From the NCBI GenBank assembly GCA_964633975.1, contig CAZWKX010000003.1:20765-84764 (forward strand): 64,000 nucleotides of DNA. The letters are read 5' to 3'. A model generated the notes under the pieces. The model saw nothing but the letters and a program-made list of their open reading frames with translations. It had not been told where the DNA came from and made no database searches. Shown here in pieces: positions 1-8,266 of this stretch (the stretch's first letter is position 1; every line of letters starts with the position of its first letter). Origin of the DNA: an uncultured Acidimicrobiia bacterium (GTDB lineage: Bacteria; Actinomycetota; Acidimicrobiia; Spongiisociales; UBA11373). The translations under genes and the position numbers were made by a program.

Positions 1-30
1 CCGCTGATACGCACAGGAAGCGGGTGACTC

Positions 31-705
31 ATGCGGTTGCTGGTCGTCGAGGACGAAACCAAGCTGGCGGCATACTTGAAGCGGGGCCTGGAGGCGGACG
101 GCCACGCCGTTGACGTCGCCGCGGACGGCGAGGAAGGGCTGTGGCTGGCCCGCAATCAGCCCTACGACGTCATCATCCTCGACATCCTGCTCCCCAAACT
201 CAACGGCTACCGGGTGTGCGCCGTACTGAGGGAGGATTCCAACTGGACTCCCATCCTGATGCTCACCGCTAAGGACGGCGCGTTCGACATCGCCGAAGCC
301 CTCGACTCCGGTGCCGACGACTACCTCACCAAACCCTTCTCCTTCGTCGTCCTCTTGGCTCGCATCCGCGCCCTGGTACGACGGGGAGCACCTGCCCGGC
401 CTACCGTTCTGGAGGTCGGCGATCTCCGCCTCGACCCGGCAGCGCACACGGTGGAACGGGACGGAGCCGAGATCATGCTGACTGCCAAAGAGTTCTCACT
501 GCTCGAGCACCTGATGCGACATCCAGGCGAAGCAGTCTCCAAGACCGACATCCTCAACGCCGTGTGGGACTGGGACTTCGAGGGCGACCCCAACGTGGTC
601 GAGGTCTACATCGGCTACCTGAGACGCAAGATCGACCAGCCATTCGACCGGGCCTCGATCGAGACGATCCGGGGCGTCGGGTACCGGCTGCGAGCCGACC
701 GATGA
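31..705 (+). CDS. OmpR/PhoB-family two-component response regulator
   Basis: 224 aa ORF. Receiver signatures are MRLLVVEDE, DVIILDILLP, LMLTAKD and LTKP. The C-terminal winged-helix signatures are LTAKEFSLLEHL, VEVYIGYLRRKI and GVGYRL. The stop overlaps the kinase start (ATGA at 702-705). Confidence 0.9.
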   Translation: MRLLVVEDETKLAAYLKRGLEADGHAVDVAADGEEGLWLARNQPYDVIILDILLPKLNGYRVCAVLREDSNWTPILMLTAKDGAFDIAEALDSGADDYLTKPFSFVVLLARIRALVRRGAPARPTVLEVGDLRLDPAAHTVERDGAEIMLTAKEFSLLEHLMRHPGEAVSKTDILNAVWDWDFEGDPNVVEVYIGYLRRKIDQPFDRASIETIRGVGYRLRADR

Positions 706-2135
706 GCACACGACGGTCCCTCACCCACCGAGCCGGCATTCGTGGCCGCACGACGATGATCGCCACCGCGGTGGTCGGCTCTGTGCTTGCCGTCTCAGGG
801 GCACTGCTCGTCGTCGCCACCCGATCGGCCCTATACCAGTCGGTCGAGACGTCGGTTACCGCTCGGGCCGCCGACGTTGCCACACAACTCGCAACAGGCG
901 ACGCCTTCACCCAGGTGCCACTGGTCAGGGGCATCTCGGTCCAGATCGTCAGAGACGGCGTGGTGATGTCATCAACCGCCGACATCGAAGGCCAACGACC
1001 CATTGTCGACATAACCCTCGCCGACGGAGCCACGCAGACGACAAAAGTCCCGGTGCTCGACGCTGCCGAGAACGAGGATGAGGCACCGAGCGACGACGGT
1101 GACGAGGGTCCGTTCCTGGTCGCCGTTGCCGGAGTGCGCATCGAGGGACGGCCGTCCGTTGTGCTCGCCGCCGCCTCCCTCGAGGCCGTCGACAGTGCTA
1201 CCCGCACGCTGGTACCGCTCGTCGCATTGGGGGTCCCGGTGATTACCGTGCTCGTCGCCTTGACCGTGTCGCGTCTCACCCGCCGCGCCTTTCGTCCAGT
1301 GGACGCCATGACCCAGCAGGCCGACACCATCTCCTACAGCGACCTCCACCGCAGGGTTCCAGAGCCGGACACCGACGACGAGATCCGCCGCCTCGCCGTG
1401 GTACTCAACCGGATGCTCGACCGTCTCGAGACGTCGGCCGCTCGGCAGCGTCAGTTCACCGCCGACGCCAGTCACGAGCTGAAGAACCCCGTCGCCACCC
1501 TGTTTACGATGGCCGAGTTGGCGGAAGCCGACCCACAGGGTTTTACGGTGGCGGAGCTCGCCGCGGACGTCGCCGGTCAAAGCAGACGCCTGGCCGCTCT
1601 CGTCGACGACCTCCTGACCCTCGCCCAAAGTGACGAACACGGACTGCAACTCCACCGGGAATGGTTCGACGTCGCCGACGTGGTTGCCGATGAGATCGCC
1701 GGCGAACCCACAACATCTATCAACTTCAACGGCGATCGGGTCGAATCGGTCCACATGTACGGTGACCGGAGACGTATAGGGCAGGTCGTCCGGAATCTCC
1801 TCGACAACGCGACACACCACGCCCACACCACAGTCCGAGTCGAATCCCGCCTTGTCGATGATCAAGCAACCGTCCGTATCAGCGATGACGGACCCGGCAT
1901 ACCACCGGCTGATCGTGAACGGATCTTCGAAAGGTTCGTCCGGCTCGACGAGGGCAGATCCCGCCAGTCAGGTGGCACCGGACTCGGCCTCTCGGTGGTG
2001 CGCGGCATCGTCGATGCCCACGGCGGGACGGTCACCGTTGGCGATGACCCCCATCTCGGGGGAGCATCGGTCACCGTCACCATGCCCACACTGACGCCGG
2101 GCGAGCCGAACCCCGGAAGGTCGACCGACACCTAA
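702..2135 (+). CDS. Sensor histidine kinase (two TM segments, HAMP, HisKA, HATPase_c)
   Basis: Internal ATG at 702 of ORF 564..2135 overlaps the regulator stop. Hydrophobic segments are MIATAVVGSVLAVSGALLVVA and LVPLVALGVPVITVLVALTV. The H-box is ADASHELKNP. N/G boxes are LLDNATHH, DDGPGIP and GGTGLGLSVV. Confidence 0.9.
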   Translation: MSTRRSLTHRAGIRGRTTMIATAVVGSVLAVSGALLVVATRSALYQSVETSVTARAADVATQLATGDAFTQVPLVRGISVQIVRDGVVMSSTADIEGQRPIVDITLADGATQTTKVPVLDAAENEDEAPSDDGDEGPFLVAVAGVRIEGRPSVVLAAASLEAVDSATRTLVPLVALGVPVITVLVALTVSRLTRRAFRPVDAMTQQADTISYSDLHRRVPEPDTDDEIRRLAVVLNRMLDRLETSAARQRQFTADASHELKNPVATLFTMAELAEADPQGFTVAELAADVAGQSRRLAALVDDLLTLAQSDEHGLQLHREWFDVADVVADEIAGEPTTSINFNGDRVESVHMYGDRRRIGQVVRNLLDNATHHAHTTVRVESRLVDDQATVRISDDGPGIPPADRERIFERFVRLDEGRSRQSGGTGLGLSVVRGIVDAHGGTVTVGDDPHLGGASVTVTMPTLTPGEPNPGRSTDT

Positions 2136-2143
2136 CGCCAGTA

Positions 2144-2176
2144 GTGGCGCCGGACCCAAGGTAGGTCCGGCGCCAC
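2144..2176. terminator. Perfect 13-bp GC-rich hairpin between convergent genes (likely bidirectional terminator)
   Basis: GTGGCGCCGGACC (2144-2156), loop caaggta, GGTCCGGCGCCAC (2164-2176). It lies between the kinase stop (2135) and the stop of the minus-strand gene (2201). No clear U-tract. Confidence 0.55.
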
Positions 2177-2200
2177 CGGTAGCGGGATGGCTCGAATCGA

Positions 2201-2635
2201 TCAGCCGTCGGTCGCAGCTTCGGGGATTCCGTCGCCGTTGTTGCCGACCTCTTCGCCCTCGAACTGGTGGTCGACACCGTCGACGGTTTCGTCGCCTGGC
2301 GTTTCCACCTCTTCGGCCTCGCTGTCTTCCACCTCGTCGGCCTCGCTGGCTTCGGGGATTCCGTCGCCGTTGTTGCCGACCTCTTCGCCCTCGAACTGGT
2401 GGTCGACACCGTCGACGGTTTCGTCGCCTGGCGTTTCCACCTCGCCTCTCTCATCGGCTGGCGTCATGGCCTGGTTGGGGGCCGTCGCCGGCGACTCCTG
2501 CTGGGCCGGTGCGACGGTCGAGGCCGGTTGGGCCGGGGCGCTGGCCGCCGCGGCGACACCCATCGTGCCCAGAGCAAGGCCGATCGCTGCGGCGAGCGTG
2601 TAGATCCGCCTGGCGGGTTTCTTCTCAGTCTTCAT
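2201..2635 (-). CDS. Small secreted, highly acidic protein with an internal 44-aa-period duplication
   Basis: ATG at 2635 is preceded by AGGAGG (revcomp of cctcct at 2643-2648). The signal-like N-terminus is MKTEKKPARRIYTLAAAIGLALGTMGVAAAASA. The mature part is D/E/G-rich, and ETPGDETVDGVDHQFEGEEVGNNGDGIPEA occurs twice. Confidence 0.65.
   Translation of the reverse strand: MKTEKKPARRIYTLAAAIGLALGTMGVAAAASAPAQPASTVAPAQQESPATAPNQAMTPADERGEVETPGDETVDGVDHQFEGEEVGNNGDGIPEASEADEVEDSEAEEVETPGDETVDGVDHQFEGEEVGNNGDGIPEAATDG
2219..2443. repeat. Two perfect 93-bp direct repeats (2219-2311 and 2351-2443) separated by 39 bp
   Basis: ttcggggattccgtcgccgttgttgccgacctcttcgccctcgaactggtggtcgacaccgtcgacggtttcgtcgcctggcgtttccacctc occurs twice with a 132-nt period, in frame inside the acidic protein gene. 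Confidence 0.9.
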
Positions 2636-2868
2636 CAAGGAACCTCCTGGCTCGGTCGACCCCTGGTTTGGGCCGTCGTGGGGACATCGTGACTCAGGGG
2701 CCCTGTGAGGAGGCTGAGACAACCTGAGAGACCGAAGGAGTCCTCCAGTGGGATCTTTGGAAGAAGACGTCATCACCAATCGGCCGAGCCTGTTCCGTCG
2801 CGCCTCTATCGCGCGAGATGGTGCGATGGGACGGTTGGAAACGCGAATTGACACGAGCCGGAAACGGG

Positions 2869-2906
2869 CGCTGACCAGGCCTTTCGCGCGTACGTCCTGG
2901 TCAGCG
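2869..2906. repeat. Perfect 11-bp inverted repeat with 16-nt spacer
   Basis: CGCTGACCAGG (2869-2879) and CCTGGTCAGCG (2896-2906). It sits 10 nt upstream of the tRNA-like fragment. Confidence 0.8.
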
Positions 2907-2916
2907 ACTACCCCGG

Positions 2917-2965
2917 GTTCGGGCTCATAACCCGAAGGTCGCAGGTTCAAATCCTGCCCCCGCTA
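2917..2965 (+). pseudogene. 3' fragment of an initiator-type tRNA-Met (anticodon arm, variable loop, T arm, 3' acceptor strand)
   Basis: gttcgggCTCATAAcccgaaggtcGCAGGTTCAAATCCTGCccccgcta contains an anticodon stem TCGGG/CCCGA around CTCATAA (CAU anticodon), a T arm GCAGG-TTCAAAT-CCTGC, and a 3' acceptor CCCCGCT plus discriminator A. No matching 5' acceptor strand (AGCGGGG/CGCGGGG) or D arm occurs within 100 nt upstream. Confidence 0.6.
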
Positions 2966-2980
2966 CGAAGACGACATCGG

Positions 2981-3005
2981 ACCCGGCCTGAAGCCGGGTT
3001 CTTGT
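2981..3005 (+). terminator. Hairpin with T-rich tail downstream of the tRNA fragment
   Basis: ACCCGGC (2981-2987), loop ctgaa, GCCGGGT (2993-2999), then TCTTGT. It also lies just downstream of the minus-strand lipoprotein gene stop (3024). Confidence 0.55.
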
Positions 3006-3023
3006 CGTAGGCCGGGGAATCGG

Positions 3024-3527
3024 TCAGTCGCCGGGTTCTCTGTGGAATGTCAGCACGGTGCCATTCTGAGTCCATTCCATGATCTCTGGGTCGGTTCCGG
3101 AGAAGGTGACGTCGATCGCGCCAGCCCAGATGGAGGCGAGAATGACCTCCTCGGCGTCCATGAGCGGTGACTCGGTGTTCCCTTCTTCGTCGATGGTGCC
3201 GCCGGGGTAGACGCAGTACACCGCCGAGTGCATCACATCAGTCAGGACCAACACCCGGCCGTCGAACTCGTAGTCGCCGCGGCCGTCGTTGCAGGGACCC
3301 TCAAACCACAGGACGCCGTCCTCGTCGAATCGCGCCGAGGTGAGGACACCATCACTCCCTGCATATTCGAAGGGAAGCTCGTACGGCTCACCATCAACAA
3401 CCGCCGTCTCCAGTACCCAGGCGCCCTGGATGGTCTCCGGGTCTACCGTGCCGCCGCACGCCGCAAGGGCAAGCGCCAGCACCACGAGGATGATGCCTTT
3501 GAAGCGCGACGCCCGGTGAAACATCAA
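3024..3527 (-). CDS. Putative lipoprotein (possible META/HslJ-like domain)
   Basis: 167 aa. The signal plus lipobox is GIILVVLALALAACGG. The mature part has WVLE...G..Y and a GPCN-type motif (FEGPCNDGRGDYEFDG) reminiscent of META domains. The domain call is tentative. Confidence 0.55.
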   Translation of the reverse strand: MMFHRASRFKGIILVVLALALAACGGTVDPETIQGAWVLETAVVDGEPYELPFEYAGSDGVLTSARFDEDGVLWFEGPCNDGRGDYEFDGRVLVLTDVMHSAVYCVYPGGTIDEEGNTESPLMDAEEVILASIWAGAIDVTFSGTDPEIMEWTQNGTVLTFHREPGD

Positions 3528-3825
3528 TCCCCAATTCGTGCTGATGATTGTCCGCTCGATTTTCCCATATCTGGCCAGAGCCTGGCTCGCCCTGGCCGAT
3601 TCTTATGTCCCCTCGGTACTTCCTGCCTGGTTTGTTCTTGGAGTCTCATGGCCGTACCCGTAGCCCGGGGTCGCTTGGAGAAGGGCAGTGTCGGTTGCCG
3701 TTGGTCTTTCGGTGCCGCGGGTCGCGTTCTGCTCCCGAATAGAGGAGTGCGGGCCTCCTTGTCAACCCCTTGTGCCCGGCTGTCGCCTTTCGCACGATGC
3801 CCACGCCGTCCAGATAGGGGTGCAC

Positions 3826-6819
3826 ATGCGTGGAGTACTTGTGACCTGGAGCGTCGTTCTGACGCTCGTTCTTGTTCCTGTAGTGACCCGTGCCGCAGTT
3901 GCGGAATCGGCCGCCGTTCCCGAGATCATCGCTCCCGCCCAGGACGAGGTCGTCGATCAGGGCTTGTACACGGTGCGGGGGCACATCGGCGCGGCACCGG
4001 CCGAAGACATCTGGGTCGTCTTCGCCGTCGACGTCAGCGGCAGCACGTTCCTGTCCGGATTCGACTGCGACGGCTCCGGCACGGTGGACGCGGCGGACGA
4101 TCTCAACGGGGACTCGGAGCTGGGTGAGGTGCTCGACTGCGAGATCGCCGCACTCATCGCCCTCAACACCTCGCTTGCCGCCATTCCGGGGTCGGTGGAC
4201 CGAGTGCACGTGGCCGTGGTTCCGTTCGGCAGCGAAGCCACCGTGGCCGACGTGGGCGGCAACGCCGGACAACAGGACTTCGTGGCGCCCACCGACGATC
4301 GCGACGACAACGATCGGGATCGCACCGCCGACGTCGTGCAGGTCGCCGGCTCCCTCGATCAGGCCTCGGTCGCTCTCTTCGAGGTGAGGCTGGTCGGGTC
4401 GGGCACCAATTTCGACGCGGCGCTGTCGGCGTCGCTCGATGTGCTGGACGACAAGGCCGGTGCCCGCCTGGTTCTTCTGCTCACCGACGGCGACGGGCCG
4501 CTGGCGGACTCCACGCTGGAGCGGGTCGCCTCCGCCGGCGTAGAGGTGCGTCCCTTTGCCGTCGGGCCGGCCACGGACGGGTGTGCCCCGGACGGAACCC
4601 TCGATCGTGTCGCCCAAGCCGGCGGGTCCACGTGTGTGTTCGCGCCGGACCCCGCCGGGTTGACGGCAGACGTCACCGGTGGCCCCTCGTCGGTTTCCTT
4701 GGTGACGGTTGCCCTCGACGGCGGCATCCCGGTGGAGGCGAGTCTTGATCCCCTGGGCAACTTCGCCGCCGAGGTGTTCCTTTCGCCGGGCCCACATGAG
4801 ATCGTGGTCGCGGTCGCGTACGTCGACGGCACCCAGACATCGTCTTCGCGTGCATTCACGGCTGAGACCACGACACGTTTTATCGCCATGGGCGACTCCT
4901 ACTCGGCCGGCGAGGGCATCACGCCGTTTGTCGACGTCCCGGGCCCGGCGCAAGGATGCCACCAGTCGATGTTGGGCTACCCGACGCTGCTAGGGACCTC
5001 CGGCTTCGAGATCCCCGGGATCTCCGGCAATGTCACCTTGGAGTACGTGGCCTGCTCCGGCGCCGTGCTCTCCAACCTGCTCGCCGTGCCGCAGAACGCC
5101 CGCGGCGAGACTCACATCGTCCAGGGCGGCCGGCTCGACGCCTCGGTCGACCTGGTCACCTTCACCATCGGCGGCAACGACCTGGGCTTCTCGGCACTCA
5201 TGAATCACTGTGCCACCCAGCTCGACTGCTGGGAGGACGGGTTCGCCCCGCTGTCCTCGGGCCGCGTCCTGTCGGCCGACGAGTTCCTGCTGGCGCGCCT
5301 GGCGCTGTTTCTGCCCGAGGCGGAGAGCTTCTTCACCACGGCCAGGCAGCGGACCGGCGACAACGCCGCCATCGTTGCCATGGGCTATCCGGAGCTGTTC
5401 GACGACGGGACCGCCCTGCGCTTCGGATGCAAAGAGGCGCTGGTGTTCGAGCGCAGCGAGCGCCTCTGGATCAACGGCCGAATCCGCTTGTTTGGTGAAG
5501 CCCTGGCCGGTGCGGCTGCCCGGGCCGGGATCTGGTACGTCGACGTCGTTCCGGAGTTCAAGGATCACCGGGTCTGTGACGGCGGCTGGAACGACAACGG
5601 CGAGTGGATCGTAGGACACGAGACCTCGGCCAAGTCGACCGGTGACGGCTCGTTCCACCCAAACGCCATGGGCGCCGAGGCTTACGCCCGCCTCTTGAGT
5701 GTGTTCCTGAACGATCGGGTCGCCGAGGGTGGCCCTCTTACTCCGGCGGGCCTGCCGGCAAACCCGGGCATTGTCTCCGGGCCTATCGAGGACACGCCGT
5801 ACCGGCGGGTCACCGTCGACACCCTGCCGAGACTCGATGAGCTTGGGCTCACGGCGGCCGAGCTGGACGAGATCGCCGCCGTGCGGTTCGGGCTGGCCGA
5901 AGTCAGCGGGCTATCGGCTCGCAGGGGCGACGGCACCTGCTCCAACCTGGCGGCGCCGGGCGAGCAGCTCATCATCGAGGGCTCGGGATTTGCCCCGGGT
6001 TCCCAGGTCGTTCTCTACCTGCAGGCCAGCACCGAAGACGGTCGTAGAGCCGCCACGGTCGTCGTCGACGATCGCGGTCTGGTGAGCGTCTCGGTTGTCG
6101 TTCCCCAAGACCTCCATCCGGATCCAAGCGGCGAGATCCAGGCCGCCGTCTCCGTTGGGCTCGAAGGGACCGACGGGGAGACCGGTGGATTCCGCCGTGT
6201 GTCGGAGGCCTTGTTCGTCGATGTTCCCGATGGCGAGTGCACCGAATACGCCGGCCGGGCCGGCGACGTCTCCCTCGACGGGGGCCCGGCGCCAAGCGCT
6301 GGCGCGACTCCCGGAGCGCCCGGCGTCGTCGTTCTCGCCGGGCCCTCGATCATCGAGACGTGCCTGGCCATGGTGGACCCCGATGACCTGAACGGCGAGG
6401 TGATTGTCGGGACGCCGGGTGACGACGTGCTCGTTGGCACCCGCCGCTCGGACCTCATCATTGGGGGCGGCGGCAACGACAGGATCTTGGGGGGCAACGG
6501 TCGTGATCACATCTGCGGCGGCGAGGGCGACGACGTGATCATCGGAGGCAACGGGGCCGATGTCATCGACGGCGGTGCCGGTGGCGACGTTGTGCATGGA
6601 GGAAACGGCAGGGATTTGGTCTACGGATCGGCCGGTGACGATCGTCTGGTCGGCAGCCGCGGCGCCGATCGGCTCTTCGGCGGCCCGGGCGACGACCGGC
6701 TGTGGGGCGGGCCGGGCCGCGACACGCTCGACGGGGGAGATGGACACGACACGGTCCGTGGTGGTGGCGGCGTCGACACCTGCACGCTCTCGGAGCTGGT
6801 GAGGTGTGAGATCGGGTGA
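3826..6819 (+). CDS. Large secreted multidomain protein: vWA-like + SGNH/GDSL hydrolase + C-terminal RTX-type Ca-binding repeats
   Basis: ATG at 3826 gives the signal peptide MRGVLVTWSVVLTLVLVPVVTRAAVA. vWA/MIDAS-like signatures are VVFAVDVSGST and LLLTDGDG. SGNH blocks are FIAMGDSYSAGEG, TIGGNDL and GSFHPNAMG. About 12 GGxGxD nonapeptide repeats (GGGGNDRILGGNGRDHICGGEGDDVIIGGNGADVIDGGAGGD...) are encoded at about 6460-6780. Confidence 0.8.
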   Translation: MRGVLVTWSVVLTLVLVPVVTRAAVAESAAVPEIIAPAQDEVVDQGLYTVRGHIGAAPAEDIWVVFAVDVSGSTFLSGFDCDGSGTVDAADDLNGDSELGEVLDCEIAALIALNTSLAAIPGSVDRVHVAVVPFGSEATVADVGGNAGQQDFVAPTDDRDDNDRDRTADVVQVAGSLDQASVALFEVRLVGSGTNFDAALSASLDVLDDKAGARLVLLLTDGDGPLADSTLERVASAGVEVRPFAVGPATDGCAPDGTLDRVAQAGGSTCVFAPDPAGLTADVTGGPSSVSLVTVALDGGIPVEASLDPLGNFAAEVFLSPGPHEIVVAVAYVDGTQTSSSRAFTAETTTRFIAMGDSYSAGEGITPFVDVPGPAQGCHQSMLGYPTLLGTSGFEIPGISGNVTLEYVACSGAVLSNLLAVPQNARGETHIVQGGRLDASVDLVTFTIGGNDLGFSALMNHCATQLDCWEDGFAPLSSGRVLSADEFLLARLALFLPEAESFFTTARQRTGDNAAIVAMGYPELFDDGTALRFGCKEALVFERSERLWINGRIRLFGEALAGAAARAGIWYVDVVPEFKDHRVCDGGWNDNGEWIVGHETSAKSTGDGSFHPNAMGAEAYARLLSVFLNDRVAEGGPLTPAGLPANPGIVSGPIEDTPYRRVTVDTLPRLDELGLTAAELDEIAAVRFGLAEVSGLSARRGDGTCSNLAAPGEQLIIEGSGFAPGSQVVLYLQASTEDGRRAATVVVDDRGLVSVSVVVPQDLHPDPSGEIQAAVSVGLEGTDGETGGFRRVSEALFVDVPDGECTEYAGRAGDVSLDGGPAPSAGATPGAPGVVVLAGPSIIETCLAMVDPDDLNGEVIVGTPGDDVLVGTRRSDLIIGGGGNDRILGGNGRDHICGGEGDDVIIGGNGADVIDGGAGGDVVHGGNGRDLVYGSAGDDRLVGSRGADRLFGGPGDDRLWGGPGRDTLDGGDGHDTVRGGGGVDTCTLSELVRCEIG

Positions 6820-6831
6820 GACTTGGGCCCG

Positions 6832-7179
6832 TCAGGTCATGGTTGCTCTGACCAGGAAGAAGGCCACGACCGTCCAGGCCGCGACGCCGGCTGCGGTGAG
6901 AGCGGCGCCGAGGCGCGGAAAGCGCCTGCCGAGGAGAAACGCGGCACCTGTCACAATTGTGAACGCCAGGCCCGCGACGGCGCCGTACACCGCGGCCAGG
7001 TCGGCGTCGTAACCGCAGTCGTAGGGGCCTTGGGCCTGGCAGGGGAGTCCGCTCTGCAGCGACCAGCGCCGGCAGAACCACATGACGGCGGCGACGACGG
7101 GGATACTGCCGGCGGTGGCCCCGGCGAGCCGGGCCGAAATGCGGCGGAATCGCTGCGTTTGCAGAGCCTCGGTGGTCAT
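6832..7179 (-). CDS. Small hypothetical membrane protein
   Basis: 115 aa ORF with three hydrophobic segments (SIPVVAAVMWF, AVYGAVAGLAFTIVTGAAFLL, AALTAAGVAAWTVVAFFLV). No recognisable family. Confidence 0.4.
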   Translation of the reverse strand: MTTEALQTQRFRRISARLAGATAGSIPVVAAVMWFCRRWSLQSGLPCQAQGPYDCGYDADLAAVYGAVAGLAFTIVTGAAFLLGRRFPRLGAALTAAGVAAWTVVAFFLVRATMT

Positions 7180-7445
7180 GGTTCGCTTTCTGCCGACGGC
7201 CGGCAGCTCCGAACCTACGGGCGACTCCTGCGCAGTTCAAGCCCGTTGATGCTCCACCGCGTGGAGTGTCGGCCGTGTACGCCCGACACGGGGCGTAGCA
7301 GCGCGCGAGAATGCGTTCAGGCGGAGTGCGGACCCGGCACGTGTTCTGTTTCATGTGGTGCCGGCCGACGCCAGACCTTGCGAAACATCGTGTCTGCATG
7401 CCGCGTCGCTGGCGCCGGGTCGGCCGAGTGAGTGGGAGACCTTGT

Positions 7446-8210
7446 ATGACGACCGAGTCATCGTCCACGAAGAAATGTCCGGACTGCGCCGAAGACGTCA
7501 TGATCGGGGCGGGTTTCTGTCCCTACTGTGGCTACTCGTTCGCAGCCGAGTCGGCGCCGGTGCAGGAGAAAGAGGAGGTACCGGCGCCACCACCGCCGCC
7601 ATCCCCGGCTTCGGCTCCGATGGCCGCGCCGAGGGCGTCTGCCCCCGTGGGCGAGATGCGTGAAGGCATCGTGGGGTCGGCCCGGACGAGGCTGGGCGAG
7701 GTGGTTCTCGGACTTTCCGTTGCCGCCATGGTTCTGACCGCTCTGTTCTCCGCAGCGGATATTGGGGCCTTGGCTTGGGCACAGCGATCCGATGGTCTGC
7801 TGGCCAAGCCTGCGCTCGGGTATACCTCTGGGGCGGTGATCACAGCCGTAGTCGCCGCATTCGGAATCCGTGTTCTCATGCCACGCCTCAGGGATGTCGG
7901 TGCGGCAGTGAGAAGGGGATACAGGAAGCGGCTGAAGGAGGAGTACGGAATCGCCGCGCTCTACCCACGTCGAGGTATAAAAGGCTCGCTGATCACGGTG
8001 GTGATCCTGCTGATTGGGCTCGGAGGGATCGTTGTCTACAACATCAATGATGTGAACAACACCGCCGGCTGGGAACCGACGTTCGGGCTCTATCTGGCGG
8101 CAGGCCTCGTAGTCGTCGCGCTCACAGGCGTGCCACTGCTTTGGCCGTCGAAATCTGCCGAGATCGTCTACATGGACAAAGAGGGCAACATCCATCGCTC
8201 GGGCAAATAG
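7446..8210 (+). CDS. Zinc-ribbon domain membrane protein
   Basis: Internal ATG at 7446. The N-terminal CxxC..CxxC ribbon is KKCPDCAEDVMIGAGFCPYCG. It is followed by a Pro-rich linker (PAPPPPPSPASAP) and about 4 predicted TM helices. Confidence 0.6.
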   Translation: MTTESSSTKKCPDCAEDVMIGAGFCPYCGYSFAAESAPVQEKEEVPAPPPPPSPASAPMAAPRASAPVGEMREGIVGSARTRLGEVVLGLSVAAMVLTALFSAADIGALAWAQRSDGLLAKPALGYTSGAVITAVVAAFGIRVLMPRLRDVGAAVRRGYRKRLKEEYGIAALYPRRGIKGSLITVVILLIGLGGIVVYNINDVNNTAGWEPTFGLYLAAGLVVVALTGVPLLWPSKSAEIVYMDKEGNIHRSGK

Positions 8211-8266
8211 GCGGCTACGCCATGAACATCCCGCCGGCTTGGCGCTCTGGCCTGGGCTGGAGACCC

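Noticed and set aside
2748-2930. A 60-aa plus-strand ORF between the acidic protein gene and the tRNA fragment (possible small island-borne gene)
   Set aside because: It has no RBS, a basic low-complexity product and no recognisable motif. It overlaps the inverted repeat and the tRNA fragment.
2889-2965. A complete tRNA-Met gene ending at 2965
   Set aside because: Only the anticodon arm, T arm and 3' acceptor strand are present. The expected 5' acceptor strand (complement of CCCCGCT) and a D arm are absent from the preceding 100 nt, so I called it a fragment.
6460-6780. Periodic 27-nt DNA repeats that could be mistaken for a repeat array or CRISPR
   Set aside because: They are in frame and encode GGxGxD RTX nonapeptides inside a long CDS. 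There is no repeat-spacer structure.
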